The notes: generated from the sequence alone by a model not told the origin. A stretch of 64,000 bases of DNA from an uncultured virus (IMG/VR IMGVR_UViG_3300009164_000061) (IMGVR_UViG_3300009164_000061:1-64000), one strand, 5' to 3'; counted from the first letter of the stretch, positions 10,690-21,438 are shown. Program-made: numbers and translations.

Positions 10690-11445
10690 TTAAGTATTTG
10701 GACTGTTTTGATCAACCCATTCAGTTTTAGTTAATTTATCACCACTTGGACCTTTACGATTAACTTCAAATCTTTCAATAACATTTGAACTTTTACGTTT
10801 AGAGGTATGCTCAAAACTCGGTAAGTATGTTTCAACGTCAACTGATAGAGTAACGTTTAGTTTATTATTATCAAGCATTGTAAACTTATAAGTCTTATCG
10901 GTTGTTGGATTATCTGGAAAATGAAATTGCGCAGGAATTCTTACTCCGTGATATTGAAAATACATTACACGGTTTGCATAAAAAATATGTAACATATTTT
11001 CAGCAATCTTAAATGCTTTATTTAAGTTATCGCAAATAATTTTAACATCAAATTTAATTGACATTGGAAAAGAAAATAGCTGAGCTGAATATCCAGTTAG
11101 GATATTTTGATCGTTTTCTCCTCGTTCAGGTTCAGTAAAACTACCCCTAACAAACCTATTTGTAATATCAGACGGTTTAACTTGGAAGCTTGAAAGAGTT
11201 ACAATTCCTCTTGGAATAATATCATAGGTTCCTTCTGCTGCTGGAATGCGACAATTATCAGGCAGTCCAATATAAAAATCCTTTAAGAAGCCTTCATCTG
11301 TTCCATAATTATAAAGAAACGGAACCTTAAAAGTTTCATTATGATCATTTCGTGCAATAGTAATCTCCATTTCTCCGTTTAACAAATCGAGCAAGGCAAT
11401 TGTTAAATTTCTTAGAAAAATATCGTCGGTGTTTAATGTTTTCAT
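10690..11445 (-). CDS. Tail sheath stabilizer / tail terminator (T4 gp15-like)
   Basis: IALLDLLN...KVPFLY...IPRGIVTL...PMSIKFDVKI...KIAENML. Confidence 0.65.
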   Translation of the reverse strand: MKTLNTDDIFLRNLTIALLDLLNGEMEITIARNDHNETFKVPFLYNYGTDEGFLKDFYIGLPDNCRIPAAEGTYDIIPRGIVTLSSFQVKPSDITNRFVRGSFTEPERGENDQNILTGYSAQLFSFPMSIKFDVKIICDNLNKAFKIAENMLHIFYANRVMYFQYHGVRIPAQFHFPDNPTTDKTYKFTMLDNNKLNVTLSVDVETYLPSFEHTSKRKSSNVIERFEVNRKGPSGDKLTKTEWVDQNSPNT

Positions 11446-11486
11446 CTGGTTTATTTATTTATGCCCAGACTCAACTCTTAGAAAAT

Positions 11487-11516
11487 AAAAAAGGTACCCA
11501 ATGCTGGATACCTTTT
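11487..11516 (-). terminator. Probable intrinsic terminator downstream of the tmRNA
   Basis: aaaaggtaccca-atgc-tggatacctttt hairpin with a T tract on the minus strand. Confidence 0.55.
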
Positions 11517-11522
11517 GTGGTG

Positions 11523-11886
11523 TGGAGATAGGCGGAATCGAACCGCCGTCCAAAAAACCTCTAATTAAACTTTCATTTACACGCTTAGTCCATTTTTCTA
11601 ATTGGACGAAATATCTTATTCTTTAACGACTTAAAGCTAAAGTCGGTAACGGTTCGACTTGGCCGCTACGCCATGCTGGTTTTGCAACTTTGGTTAGTCA
11701 AGCAGTTGCCGCTTGGTTACTTATGCAGCTAAAAGCTCTTCAGTAACAGGAGTGTTAACGCCTTGGTTAACTAGGCTCCAGAAAGTAGTGTTGCCACTTA
11801 TTGTTTGTAATACATTTTAACGAGTCTTAGCATCATCCTCGGCGTGCAAGCGTAACCGATAATTTCTGTCAAAACCGGTTATCCCC
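11523..11886 (-). ncRNA. ssrA: tmRNA
   Basis: Minus strand begins GGGGATAACCGGTTTTGACAG and ends GGACGGCGGTTCGATTCCGCCTATCTCCA; acceptor stem GGGGATA/TATCTCC has G3:U70; T-arm present; tag ORF 11795..11721 ends in LAA-stop; CCA not encoded after the discriminator. Confidence 0.95.
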
Positions 11887-11982
11887 ATATAATAGTTATT
11901 ATACCTAATTATTTATACAGGTGGTCTCTTTCATAAACGTTTTACTCTGCTGATAAATAACCTAAAAGAAGCTACTCCTTAA

Positions 11983-13677
11983 ATGGCAAACCTTACTAAA
12001 CAAAATACCAGTCTAAGGCTCTTTACTAGTTTAAATATACGAGTTAGAGATATTCTTAGCGAAACTATACAGTTCTTACAAACAAAGTTTAAACAGAGTC
12101 GTTCTGTATTTACTGCAGCTTCTCCATTTGGCCAGCTATTAATTGTTGTAGAAAACTTAAGTCAACTTATTTTTTATTATATTGAAGACTCAATTACTGA
12201 ACTAAATATAAATGAAGCAAGTCGAGTTTCGTCAATCTATTCGCTAGCTACTCTTGCTGGCCATAACCCAAGTAGAGCAATTGGTGCAACCGGTCAAATC
12301 CGAATTGTTAGAAAACCCAATATTACCCCACCTGCCACTAAAGTTGTGCTTAATAACCTATTTAGAGTTCGTTGTGAAAATAATGGACTTACCTATGCAA
12401 TTGAACTTACTCAAGAAGAAGTAAGACTTGCGCTAAGTGGTACTGAAACTACTGCAATTTTTAGTGTTCGACAAGGTCAAATTGAATCCCAAACCTTTAC
12501 CGCAAAGGGCATTGCATTTGAAAGTTATCAAATGGGAGCGCCGAATAATTTTTATATTGATAATTTTATCGTTAACGTGTATGTTAACGGAGAGAAATGG
12601 ACCAAATACGAATCACTATTAGATATTCCAAGAGGAGCAAAAGGATTTATTGCAAAAACTGGTATAACAAATGGATTGGACATCTATTTTGGTAATGGAT
12701 CATTTGGTAAAATTCCAACAACCGGTTCAACTATTGTTGTTGAATACTTAAATACTGACGGCTCTTCAGGTAATGTTAAAGTTGAGAATAACTCGCAAGT
12801 ATCATTTTCATTTGTTGATACTGGATTTTCTCCAATTGGAGAAGAGATTATAATGAGCGATTATTTTACAATTGTAACAATAAGTGCTCCAAATTTTGGA
12901 GTAGATCCAGAAGATCCTGCCTTAACTCGATTAATTGCACCACGTGCATCAAAAAGTTTTGCGCTAGTTAACTTAGATAATTATGAAGTCTTATTACAAA
13001 AAATGCAAATGTTTTCAACCATTAAAGTATTTTTAGACCAAGATGCAAATGGTAATATTTTGGATTCACGAATGATTAATCTTTTTTTGGTTCCGGATGT
13101 TACTCAAATGTTTAAAAATGGAACCGACTATTTTAATCTACCGGTTAGTAATTTTAAGTTAACTGATTTTCAAAAGAATGAGTTAATGAAATACGTTGAA
13201 AAATCTGGAACAAAAATGATTTCAACTGACCTAAAAATACTTGATCCAAAAATTACAAAATACGTAATTAATTTAAGTATTATTGCGTTTGATGATGTTT
13301 CTCAAGATATTGTTAAGTCAGATATTGCCGACGCTCTAGGTAAATACTTTATTAAATTGAAAAGACAAGATCGTGTTCCAAAGAGTGATTTAATTGCAGT
13401 AGTTGAAGCAATTAACGGAGTTGACTCAGTTAGTATTAATATGATTAGTGAGCTTGACGAACTTAATAAAACTGCAAATCCAGCAACTGATAAACTGATT
13501 GGACTAGATGATTTTAATGATATTATTATTGGACTAGACGAGTTTCCAGTAGTACGTGGAGGTTGGACTGATTCTCAAGGTAATAAGTATGCAGAAGGTT
13601 TATCTGAATCTGCACTAGGCGCACTAAATATTTCAATTAAAGCACAGGTAGCCCGTAAAAATATTGGAATTATATGA
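11983..13677 (+). CDS. Baseplate wedge protein (T4 gp6 / baseplate J-like)
   Basis: SIYSLATLAGHNP, IYFGNGSFGKIP...IVVEYL...GSSGN. Confidence 0.8.
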   Translation: MANLTKQNTSLRLFTSLNIRVRDILSETIQFLQTKFKQSRSVFTAASPFGQLLIVVENLSQLIFYYIEDSITELNINEASRVSSIYSLATLAGHNPSRAIGATGQIRIVRKPNITPPATKVVLNNLFRVRCENNGLTYAIELTQEEVRLALSGTETTAIFSVRQGQIESQTFTAKGIAFESYQMGAPNNFYIDNFIVNVYVNGEKWTKYESLLDIPRGAKGFIAKTGITNGLDIYFGNGSFGKIPTTGSTIVVEYLNTDGSSGNVKVENNSQVSFSFVDTGFSPIGEEIIMSDYFTIVTISAPNFGVDPEDPALTRLIAPRASKSFALVNLDNYEVLLQKMQMFSTIKVFLDQDANGNILDSRMINLFLVPDVTQMFKNGTDYFNLPVSNFKLTDFQKNELMKYVEKSGTKMISTDLKILDPKITKYVINLSIIAFDDVSQDIVKSDIADALGKYFIKLKRQDRVPKSDLIAVVEAINGVDSVSINMISELDELNKTANPATDKLIGLDDFNDIIIGLDEFPVVRGGWTDSQGNKYAEGLSESALGALNISIKAQVARKNIGII

Positions 13678-13919
13678 TAAGAAACTCTCTGTACCAAAAG
13701 GTGTATAATAGAAAAGACCGACGTCTTCATCTGGGTTATATGTATAAAGATAACTTAATGAAACGAGTCCTTTCAAATCAAATGTTTGGAGCAAACCCGA
13801 TATTAGATTCGTTTATTGCATATATTGAAGCTTACATTTACGAGCATATCGAAGCAGTTAAACAAATTAAAATATTCGCAAATCCTGCGCTAGATAAGAA
13901 TGAAAATCGACTAAACTAA
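13674..13919 (+). CDS. Hypothetical protein
   Basis: 81-aa ORF coupled to the upstream gene by an ATGA overlap. Confidence 0.6.
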   Translation: MIRNSLYQKVYNRKDRRLHLGYMYKDNLMKRVLSNQMFGANPILDSFIAYIEAYIYEHIEAVKQIKIFANPALDKNENRLN

Positions 13920-13922
13920 TGT

Positions 13923-14669
13923 ATGGCTGGACCAGTATTCTCAAAGGAAAAAAAGGCTCAAATTAAGGGAGAGCTTGAATCACTATTAAGCACCTATTCC
14001 GGTGGACCTAATCAGGAAGACAATAATATTGATGAGCAGCTTGCTGAAATTGCAGCCGCTCCACCATTAGATTTTATTGAAATGAACTCAGTCTTTGAAA
14101 GGCAGGCTAAAAATATTACTGACTCTCTTCTATCGTTCTATGTAGATCTTGGTGTATTAGACCAGCACGAATACATTAAACAAAAACAGATGCTTGATAA
14201 TTCAAGTATTCAAAATATATTCTTTCAGTTAAAAACCATCCGCATGGCAATTGAAAAAATAACTGAAGAAATTAATCAAGGAAATACTCATCCTAGATTA
14301 TTTGAAGTATTTGGACAACTTCAGGATAAATTAACAGCTGTTGTAAAAACTCAAGCAAATTACATGCTATTCCTAGAGGATACTTATAAAAAGGTAAATC
14401 AAGATATAGCTCAAAAAGATTCAGGCGGAGCCGGACCTCAAGCAAGAGCAATACCTCAAAGCTCAAGCGATTACTACATCACGGCTGGAACTAAAAATTT
14501 AATAAAAGAAATTGACGCCCTTGAAATAGAAGAAGATACTTCTGACTCTAGGCACTTAACTCACCCAGGTCGAAAGGCTGAAGTTATGATAGAACGTGGA
14601 GTATCCAATGTTATTATTACGGAAGATAGCGATATCGACTATATGGATGACGTCAATTCATTAATATGA
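13923..14669 (+). CDS. Hypothetical helical protein, candidate terminase small subunit
   Basis: Overlaps the large terminase start; HPRLFEVFGQL resembles the T4 gp16 pattern. Confidence 0.5.
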   Translation: MAGPVFSKEKKAQIKGELESLLSTYSGGPNQEDNNIDEQLAEIAAAPPLDFIEMNSVFERQAKNITDSLLSFYVDLGVLDQHEYIKQKQMLDNSSIQNIFFQLKTIRMAIEKITEEINQGNTHPRLFEVFGQLQDKLTAVVKTQANYMLFLEDTYKKVNQDIAQKDSGGAGPQARAIPQSSSDYYITAGTKNLIKEIDALEIEEDTSDSRHLTHPGRKAEVMIERGVSNVIITEDSDIDYMDDVNSLI

Positions 14670-16636
14670 AAGATTTTATAGCAAATAGCGGAAGTAGAAC
14701 TCAGATGAAGCTTTCCGACCTTGACCAGGAAAATAGTGCGATTTGGACAACCGTTAAGGTACAACAGTTACTTGATGATTTTGAAAATGGCGTGATTGAT
14801 ATTAAAACAATCAAAAATTCCCCATTTAAAGATAATGATCCAGTTTGGAAAAAGGCAAATATTGTATTTGAATATACTCCAGAAGAGCTTGAAGAAATCC
14901 GAAAATGTAAAGCCGACCCAGTTTACTTTGCCGGTAAATATGCTCAAGTAATGCAGGAGCAAGGTATTGAGCAAATCATCTTACGTGACTATCAAGAAGA
15001 AATTATCCGATCATTTAAGAATAATCGATTTAATTGCTTAATGGCAAGTCGTCAAATTGGAAAGACCGTAATGTCTGGCGTATTTATTGCCTGGTACTTA
15101 ATATTCCATACTGATAAAAACGTATTGGCTGTAGCAAATATTGCATCAACCACTAAAGAGGTTCTAGATAAAATTAAATCAGTACTTGAAAATCTACCGT
15201 TCTTCCTAAAACCTGGCTGTATTTCAAATAATGTAATGTCAATGAAATTTGACAATGGTTGCCGATTAATTGGTCGTACTACCACTAAAAATACAGGTAT
15301 TGGTTTTACAATTCACGTACTCTACATTGATGAGTTTGCTCATATTAACCCATCCTATCTTGATTTCTTTTATCGAGCAATTTATCCTACAATTTCAGCC
15401 TCATCCAATTCAAAGATTATAATAACTTCAACACCAAATGGTATGAACCGATTCTATGATATTTACATGGATGCAATGAACGGTAATAATACATACGTTC
15501 CGTTACGAGTAGATTGGTGGCAAGTTCCAGGTAGAGATGATGAATGGAAGCAGGCAACCATTGCAAACTTAGGATCAGAAGAAGACTTTAATCAGGAATA
15601 TGGGCTACAATTCTTTTCATCAGATAAGTTGCTATTACCATCAAAGGATCTTAAGAAAATATTTAATTTACGCACATCATATATCACCCCAGAATGGGCT
15701 CAAAGCCCAGAGCATTTAGTACTATTAGACGGCTTTACCGTTCACCCAAACCTTGCCAAATTAACACCAGACGATATTAAAAACGATGGTAATAACTATA
15801 TTTTTGCAATTGACACGGCTGACGGATTGGGTAGAGATTATTCAGTAATTAATATCTTTAAGTTAGCAGCACTTCCGTTAAAAATGCTAGATCAAGTAAA
15901 AGACTTTATTAAAAATGAAGGTGATATTTTTACGCTGGTGCAAGTTGCAACTTTTAGGTCAAACAAAAAAGATATTAACGAATATTGTAATACTTTAGAA
16001 CATTTGTTGTATAATATCTTTAATCCTGAAAAAGTTAAACTTTTAATTGAGCTTAACCATAAAGGCGAATGGGTAATGGATAAGCTAACACAAAACGAGG
16101 ATTTTTGGCCAGGTCAAGTAATTCACTCAAAGCACACAACCACTTCAATAAATTGGAAACCTGGGTTAAAGATGACAGAGACAAATAAGACTAAATATTG
16201 TGAGCGCTTTAAATATCTAGCTGCAGTAAATAAAATTTTACCAAATGAACATAAAACAGTTCATGAGCTTGGTGCATTTGGCCGATCCAGCAATGGTAAT
16301 TACCGAAGTCAAAGTGGCAATGACGATTTAGCAATTACGTGTGTTGAAACGGCAGCATTCTTTGAATCACCAAACTTTTGGGAATTAGTAAATGACGAAC
16401 TTGATAGACTACCTAAAGATTATTTGTCAAAAGTATATTCATTATATTTAGGCGAAGCTTATCTTGGAAATTCTTCAGGTTACGATCACTCAGCCTTAAG
16501 AGAATTAAATACAACGGCTGAGGTTAAAAAACCTGGCAAAATGGTTAATGTATTTGATGAAATGACAATAGACCAAATAAAAAGAACGCGTGATGCATTC
16601 TACGGAAATAATTCAAAGTCAGGCTATGAAACATGA
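14666..16636 (+). CDS. terL: Terminase large subunit (T4 gp17-like)
   Basis: LRDYQ, ASRQIGKT (Walker A), LYIDEFAH (Walker B), ITSTPNG, FAIDTADGLGRDYS, NDDL. Confidence 0.95.
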   Translation: MKDFIANSGSRTQMKLSDLDQENSAIWTTVKVQQLLDDFENGVIDIKTIKNSPFKDNDPVWKKANIVFEYTPEELEEIRKCKADPVYFAGKYAQVMQEQGIEQIILRDYQEEIIRSFKNNRFNCLMASRQIGKTVMSGVFIAWYLIFHTDKNVLAVANIASTTKEVLDKIKSVLENLPFFLKPGCISNNVMSMKFDNGCRLIGRTTTKNTGIGFTIHVLYIDEFAHINPSYLDFFYRAIYPTISASSNSKIIITSTPNGMNRFYDIYMDAMNGNNTYVPLRVDWWQVPGRDDEWKQATIANLGSEEDFNQEYGLQFFSSDKLLLPSKDLKKIFNLRTSYITPEWAQSPEHLVLLDGFTVHPNLAKLTPDDIKNDGNNYIFAIDTADGLGRDYSVINIFKLAALPLKMLDQVKDFIKNEGDIFTLVQVATFRSNKKDINEYCNTLEHLLYNIFNPEKVKLLIELNHKGEWVMDKLTQNEDFWPGQVIHSKHTTTSINWKPGLKMTETNKTKYCERFKYLAAVNKILPNEHKTVHELGAFGRSSNGNYRSQSGNDDLAITCVETAAFFESPNFWELVNDELDRLPKDYLSKVYSLYLGEAYLGNSSGYDHSALRELNTTAEVKKPGKMVNVFDEMTIDQIKRTRDAFYGNNSKSGYET

Positions 16637-16931
16637 TGATTTTTTAAAATTCGACTATGGCACTAACAAAAAACAAATTTTTGATATAGTAGTTGCCCAA
16701 ATAGAGTTAGCCTTTTCTGAAAAGAGGGCCCATATCTATATTAAAAAACTGAAAATCGTCGATGAAGAATTAGACGTTATTGCTGACCGTAAAGATTGGC
16801 CGGACTGCTTGACTAAAGCACTTGCATTTTACAAGCAAATTGAAGATTACGAATCTTGTTCAAAATGTCAAAAATTATTGGATAAGATTAATATTAAAAC
16901 AAAAAAAAGAATCACTAAATCTAATGGCTGA
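16626..16931 (+). CDS. Hypothetical protein
   Basis: ATG at 16626; C-terminal EDYESCSKCQ. Confidence 0.6.
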   Translation: MKHDDFLKFDYGTNKKQIFDIVVAQIELAFSEKRAHIYIKKLKIVDEELDVIADRKDWPDCLTKALAFYKQIEDYESCSKCQKLLDKINIKTKKRITKSNG

Positions 16932-17646
16932 AAAACTACAATCAAAAAGAAAGGCTCAATCGTTTAAACCTGAATTAACTGAAAAAGAGTTAAGGCAAAT
17001 TAATTTAAAACCTTCGCAGTCCGATTATTTACAAAAGATCATGTCTAGTGACATCACTTTGTGTTATGGACCAGCAGGTACAAGTAAAACTTTTACTGCA
17101 TGCTTAGCTGCACTCAAACTTTACCTAGGTGGAAAAATTAAAAAAATTATCTTATCTAAACCAATTCAGGAGTCTGGAGAGAAGCTTGGATTCTTGCCGG
17201 GAGAAATAAAGGATAAAATTGATCCATTTATGGAAAGTTATCGATCTAATTTGGTAAAATTATTAAATGATCCTAATAATGTTGGTTGGTTAGAAGCAAC
17301 TGGAATTATTGAATTTAGGCCTCTTGCCTATATGAGAGGTGCAACATTTGATAATTGTTTAATGATTTTAGATGAAGCTCAAAATGCTGATTTTAAACAG
17401 TTAATGCTATTCATTACTAGGATGGGTAAAGATTCTAAGGTATTAATATGTGGAGACGTAAGCCAATATGATATAGCAAAGAGTAAAGTAGCTTTACCTG
17501 ATTTTATTGAATTGCTTAGCGGAATCAATGGGTTAAGTGTGCATACATTTAAAGACGAAGATATTGTGAGAAATAAAATACTAATTCAGATAACCGAAAG
17601 ATATGATAAATGGAAATCTGCAAACCCCAATAAATACACCAACTAA
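16924..17646 (+). CDS. phoH: PhoH-family ATPase
   Basis: GPAGTSKT, LGFLPG, PLAYMRGATF, ILDEAQN, GDVSQYD, DIVRN. Confidence 0.92.
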   Translation: MAEKLQSKRKAQSFKPELTEKELRQINLKPSQSDYLQKIMSSDITLCYGPAGTSKTFTACLAALKLYLGGKIKKIILSKPIQESGEKLGFLPGEIKDKIDPFMESYRSNLVKLLNDPNNVGWLEATGIIEFRPLAYMRGATFDNCLMILDEAQNADFKQLMLFITRMGKDSKVLICGDVSQYDIAKSKVALPDFIELLSGINGLSVHTFKDEDIVRNKILIQITERYDKWKSANPNKYTN

Positions 17647-17655
17647 ACTAATTAA

Positions 17656-18282
17656 ATGAGCGCATACGATCTACTGAATAAGCAATTAAACGACGAAATG
17701 CAAAGCCTGGCTGAAATTATTAAGTCAGGTAAATACACAGAAAAAGATCGGAACCGACTAGCCTCAATTATGTATCCAAAGTTAAAATATTTTATTTGGA
17801 AATTTTTTAATGATTCGGATGAAACTGATGAGGTGTTACACAACACCCTTTTTAAAATATTTAAAGGAATTGCGTCTTATAGCGATAACTATCGATTTAC
17901 GACCTGGATTTACACAATTGCAAAAAATGAAGCACTACTTCATCAGCATAAATTAAAACAACAATATGCAACAAGCCTAGATAATTTAACAAAACCTTTA
18001 AATATATTAGATGATTCAGCCTATACTTTTGAAAAAGAAGTGTACTTCGATGATTTATATAATATGACTAGATTTGAAATTAATGCTTTGCCTGAATGTA
18101 TTGAAAAATCAATATTAATTGATAAGGAATTGCATCATATGCGAGGTAATGAGATTGCTGAGAAATACGAAATGAATTTGAATACGGTTAAAACCAAAAT
18201 CAGAAAAGCTCGTAAAATGTTAAAAGAGGCTGTGTTAACTAAAAACCCACACATGGTCGATAAACTCGAAGAATATTTTTAA
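17656..18282 (+). CDS. RNA polymerase sigma-70 factor, ECF type
   Basis: Region 2 FTTWIYTIAKN; region 4 EIAEKYEMNLNTVKTKIRKARKML. Confidence 0.88.
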   Translation: MSAYDLLNKQLNDEMQSLAEIIKSGKYTEKDRNRLASIMYPKLKYFIWKFFNDSDETDEVLHNTLFKIFKGIASYSDNYRFTTWIYTIAKNEALLHQHKLKQQYATSLDNLTKPLNILDDSAYTFEKEVYFDDLYNMTRFEINALPECIEKSILIDKELHHMRGNEIAEKYEMNLNTVKTKIRKARKMLKEAVLTKNPHMVDKLEEYF

Positions 18283-18284
18283 TT

Positions 18285-18791
18285 ATGAAACTACTTAACT
18301 ATTTAAACCCAGTTGATGCATTTAGGTCAGCTAAATTAATTGCAAAAGACATCAGCAATTATCTTTTTTATAGAAAGAAAATAACTGAGCTGGAAGAGTC
18401 AGGTTTTATTAAAGGCTTTAAAATGAGAGCTGATTTACTCAAGCGTGTATATTATGTTATTAACTTGGAGCCAGAAACCCTATTGGCAACTGGCGATTTA
18501 ATTGATCTTGAAAAAAGTAGAGTATTTGACTCAGTTGCTAAATTTCAAAATAAATTTGCAGACCTAAATCTTACTGAAATAGTTGATATTTCAACCAAAC
18601 GGATTAAATCTGCTGATTATTATGCCTATTTAGTTTGGGTAAAGTGTAAAGTTTTCTCAGAAAGATCAGATTTCTTTAGAGTTATCGTGTTTGGTGCTGC
18701 TTTATATTATGCAATTAGCACCGGGCTATGGGTTTATCACAATAATGCTGATGTGCAACTGTGGATAACAAATAAACTAACTACCAAGTAA
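18285..18791 (+). CDS. Hypothetical membrane protein
   Basis: C-terminal hydrophobic segment. Confidence 0.6.
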   Translation: MKLLNYLNPVDAFRSAKLIAKDISNYLFYRKKITELEESGFIKGFKMRADLLKRVYYVINLEPETLLATGDLIDLEKSRVFDSVAKFQNKFADLNLTEIVDISTKRIKSADYYAYLVWVKCKVFSERSDFFRVIVFGAALYYAISTGLWVYHNNADVQLWITNKLTTK

Positions 18792-18819
18792 ATAAATAAC
18801 CAAAAAAGATATTTTAACC

Positions 18820-19110
18820 ATGAATTTTATTAAACTTCATTTTGAAAAATTTATATTGGCATTTATGCTAATAGTGTTTGTTCAACAATGTAATAATTCC
18901 AGTAGACTTTCTAAAATTGAAAAACAGGAAAAAATTACAAATTCTCAACTAGATTCAATTTGTACTACTAAAGAGCTTAATAAGTACCTCGAAATTGAAG
19001 GATTAAAAGCTGAAAAACGCATGATCCAATCGACTGATCGTAAAATCCTTGATGTTAATCGTCAATCTGAAATTGATTCAGAAATTAAAAAATTAGAATC
19101 TGCTAAATAA
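18820..19110 (+). CDS. Hypothetical membrane-anchored coiled-coil protein (possible lipoprotein/spanin-like)
   Basis: N-terminal hydrophobic stretch followed by QQC. Confidence 0.5.
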   Translation: MNFIKLHFEKFILAFMLIVFVQQCNNSSRLSKIEKQEKITNSQLDSICTTKELNKYLEIEGLKAEKRMIQSTDRKILDVNRQSEIDSEIKKLESAK

Positions 19111-19883
19111 TGAGCAAGAAGGCAGTTAGTTATTTTATAATAGGTACGTTTGTTACGTTATACTTGCTAGTTTCAATAATTTCAACAATTCACGTTATTG
19201 ATTTCTTTAGCATGTCTAATCCTAAGTGGCTAGCAATAAGTCTAGCAATTGCATTTGAGGTTGGAGCAGCAGCGTCACTTGCCTCAATTATTACCCTTGA
19301 TAAAATGAATAAGGGTATTGTTTGGGGACTTTTCATACTATTGACTGCAATGCAGGCAATGGGAAATATGTATTACGCATACGTTCATTTAACCAATTTC
19401 CAAGGTTGGATAGAATTATTTGGACTAGTTGAGGAAGAGCTAATTTATCAAAAACGAGTTCTGTCTATTGTAAGCGGCGCAATTTTACCAATTGTTGCAC
19501 TTGGATTTATTAAATCATTAGTTGACTATATTAAACCTGATAATAAAGTAGGTGAGATTGTTAATCCTCAAATTACTGATGCCGTTACTCAAGTAGCTAA
19601 AGAAACTCCAGCTATTATAGCTGAACAGCCGGTTGAAACTACTACTCAACCAGCTGAACCGTCATATCTTTCTAAAATCAGTATTGAAATGCCGGATGTT
19701 AAACCAGCTGAAATTAATGAACCTGACCTAAATGAGGTTTCTAAAACTGCAGTTGATGTTCAAGAAATTGCGGAAGAACCTAAGGTAGATAATAATATAC
19801 AAAGAGAACGAAAAATAGACAAAGAATTAGCTAGAGGGAGTAATCCAGGTTCTGGTAAAATAATGTTTAACGATCGTCCTTAA
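19110..19883 (+). CDS. Hypothetical protein with about 4 TM helices and an acidic tail
   Basis: Four hydrophobic segments in the first 140 aa. Confidence 0.65.
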   Translation: MSKKAVSYFIIGTFVTLYLLVSIISTIHVIDFFSMSNPKWLAISLAIAFEVGAAASLASIITLDKMNKGIVWGLFILLTAMQAMGNMYYAYVHLTNFQGWIELFGLVEEELIYQKRVLSIVSGAILPIVALGFIKSLVDYIKPDNKVGEIVNPQITDAVTQVAKETPAIIAEQPVETTTQPAEPSYLSKISIEMPDVKPAEINEPDLNEVSKTAVDVQEIAEEPKVDNNIQRERKIDKELARGSNPGSGKIMFNDRP

Positions 19884-19898
19884 AAAAGTCTACTATGA

Positions 19899-20618
19899 AT
19901 GGCCTATATTAATTTTCAAGATGATCCAATTGCAAAAAGATTTAATAATTCTTTTGCGAATCTATGTGCAGGTGACCCAACTAAAAAGGTCTTAAAGTTA
20001 TTAGACAAATGTTTTAATATCTACAATAAAGGGCAGTCTGAAGCAAGCTTATGTAATCTAAAGGACTTTCTTTATCCAGTTGATAGTTATCAAGTAATTA
20101 ACTTTGAAGTTTGCGCAGGCGATACTTTATCAGTGTTTGATAATGATTTAGGGAATCAAATTAGCTCAGTTATTCCAGGGGATCCAGACCCAGCTCATCC
20201 AGGCGATTTTATTTCAGTTGACCTAGACTATCCATTTGGGTTAAACACCGAGCGTATTCCTCATGCTGGTACCAATTTATCTCCAGAATATTATATTTTA
20301 ACAAACGATAAAACCTATAGCCGAGGCTGTCTATTGTATATCGAGTATCCAAAGACTGATAAAATGGGAGAAACTGTTCTTCCAGCAAACATGTCAAGTA
20401 ACATATTATTAGGAGCTTTTAATAATGGCGCAATCAGCGATATTACTTTACCGGTTTCTCAATTCTTTTCTCATTTCAGTAACCCTGAGACACTTAACGC
20501 AAATAACCTAATAAATAAGATAGAGATAACTAATCCTAATCCTAATTTCAGTATTAAGGTATCAGGTTTAATAGTCTATGTAAAAAGCAATAACGATCCA
20601 AACAATTGTGCTTGCTAA
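19899..20618 (+). CDS. Hypothetical protein
   Basis: 239-aa ORF. Confidence 0.6.
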   Translation: MAYINFQDDPIAKRFNNSFANLCAGDPTKKVLKLLDKCFNIYNKGQSEASLCNLKDFLYPVDSYQVINFEVCAGDTLSVFDNDLGNQISSVIPGDPDPAHPGDFISVDLDYPFGLNTERIPHAGTNLSPEYYILTNDKTYSRGCLLYIEYPKTDKMGETVLPANMSSNILLGAFNNGAISDITLPVSQFFSHFSNPETLNANNLINKIEITNPNPNFSIKVSGLIVYVKSNNDPNNCAC

Positions 20619-20633
20619 AAATATTAAAACCAA

Positions 20634-20966
20634 ATGAATAATACTATTGCTAAAATTTTAAAAACCCACACAGATGCAGATAATGGAACTGATTATACGC
20701 CAGTCTTTGTTAATCAAAGTTCTAGAAATATTACTGATTTAGATACTGGAGTAGGCTATTATACTGATACATTTTTTGGAATTCATAATCCAGGCAGTTC
20801 AGCAATTTCGGTAAATGTAAAAACTGCGGCCCAGGGAATAACTGGAGATGGAGTAGATATTAGACTTAATGCCGGTGATACATTCTATTCAGTAATTTCA
20901 AAAATAACAGTCGATAGTGGAGTTACAGTAGTACTACTTGCAATTCCTTCTACTTTTAGCAGATAA
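20634..20966 (+). CDS. Hypothetical protein
   Basis: 110-aa ORF. Confidence 0.6.
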   Translation: MNNTIAKILKTHTDADNGTDYTPVFVNQSSRNITDLDTGVGYYTDTFFGIHNPGSSAISVNVKTAAQGITGDGVDIRLNAGDTFYSVISKITVDSGVTVVLLAIPSTFSR

Positions 20967-21418
20967 TGGTACCAGTATTAACCTTCGGTCAAAGACAACA
21001 AGCAATGAAAGGCCTGCCTTTTTACGGAAGAGGTGACTTTAGCTTTGTGTCAAATCGTAGCGGTTTTACAAACGGTATATCAGTTCATCTATTACCTCTA
21101 TCCGATCTATCATTACCTCAACAAATTGAAGTTGATGATTTTGACCAAGAAATAAAGAAGCTTAATAACTTATTTAAAAAAGGTTCACGCATTGGAGGAG
21201 TAGTTGTTAACTCAACCTTTAAAAATGCCAAAGGTAATCCAGATAGTATTATTGGAAAATTCGATAGTTTTAAAATCGATACTAAGCACAAAACAATTAG
21301 GGCTTTCATTAGAGATACTAATTCAATGAAATTAGTTGAGGTTTATCCAGAGACTCTATCTAAACTGAATGAGTCCAATTCACATCTAGCAAAAACCTTT
21401 CTAGAGTTTTTGATATAA
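20966..21418 (+). CDS. Hypothetical protein with a C-terminal CTS-like tag
   Basis: Ends KLNESNSHLAKTFLEFLI. Confidence 0.6.
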   Translation: MVPVLTFGQRQQAMKGLPFYGRGDFSFVSNRSGFTNGISVHLLPLSDLSLPQQIEVDDFDQEIKKLNNLFKKGSRIGGVVVNSTFKNAKGNPDSIIGKFDSFKIDTKHKTIRAFIRDTNSMKLVEVYPETLSKLNESNSHLAKTFLEFLI

Positions 21419-21438
21419 TTTAATAAACAAAGTATTTA

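Noticed and set aside
11518..11560. Stand-alone tRNA gene
   Set aside because: The T-arm and acceptor 3' half pair with a 5' end about 360 nt away and enclose a tag ORF, so it is tmRNA
14666..16636. Intein or intron in the terminase
   Set aside because: The ORF is continuous with all motifs in order; no intein splice junction or homing endonuclease motif seen
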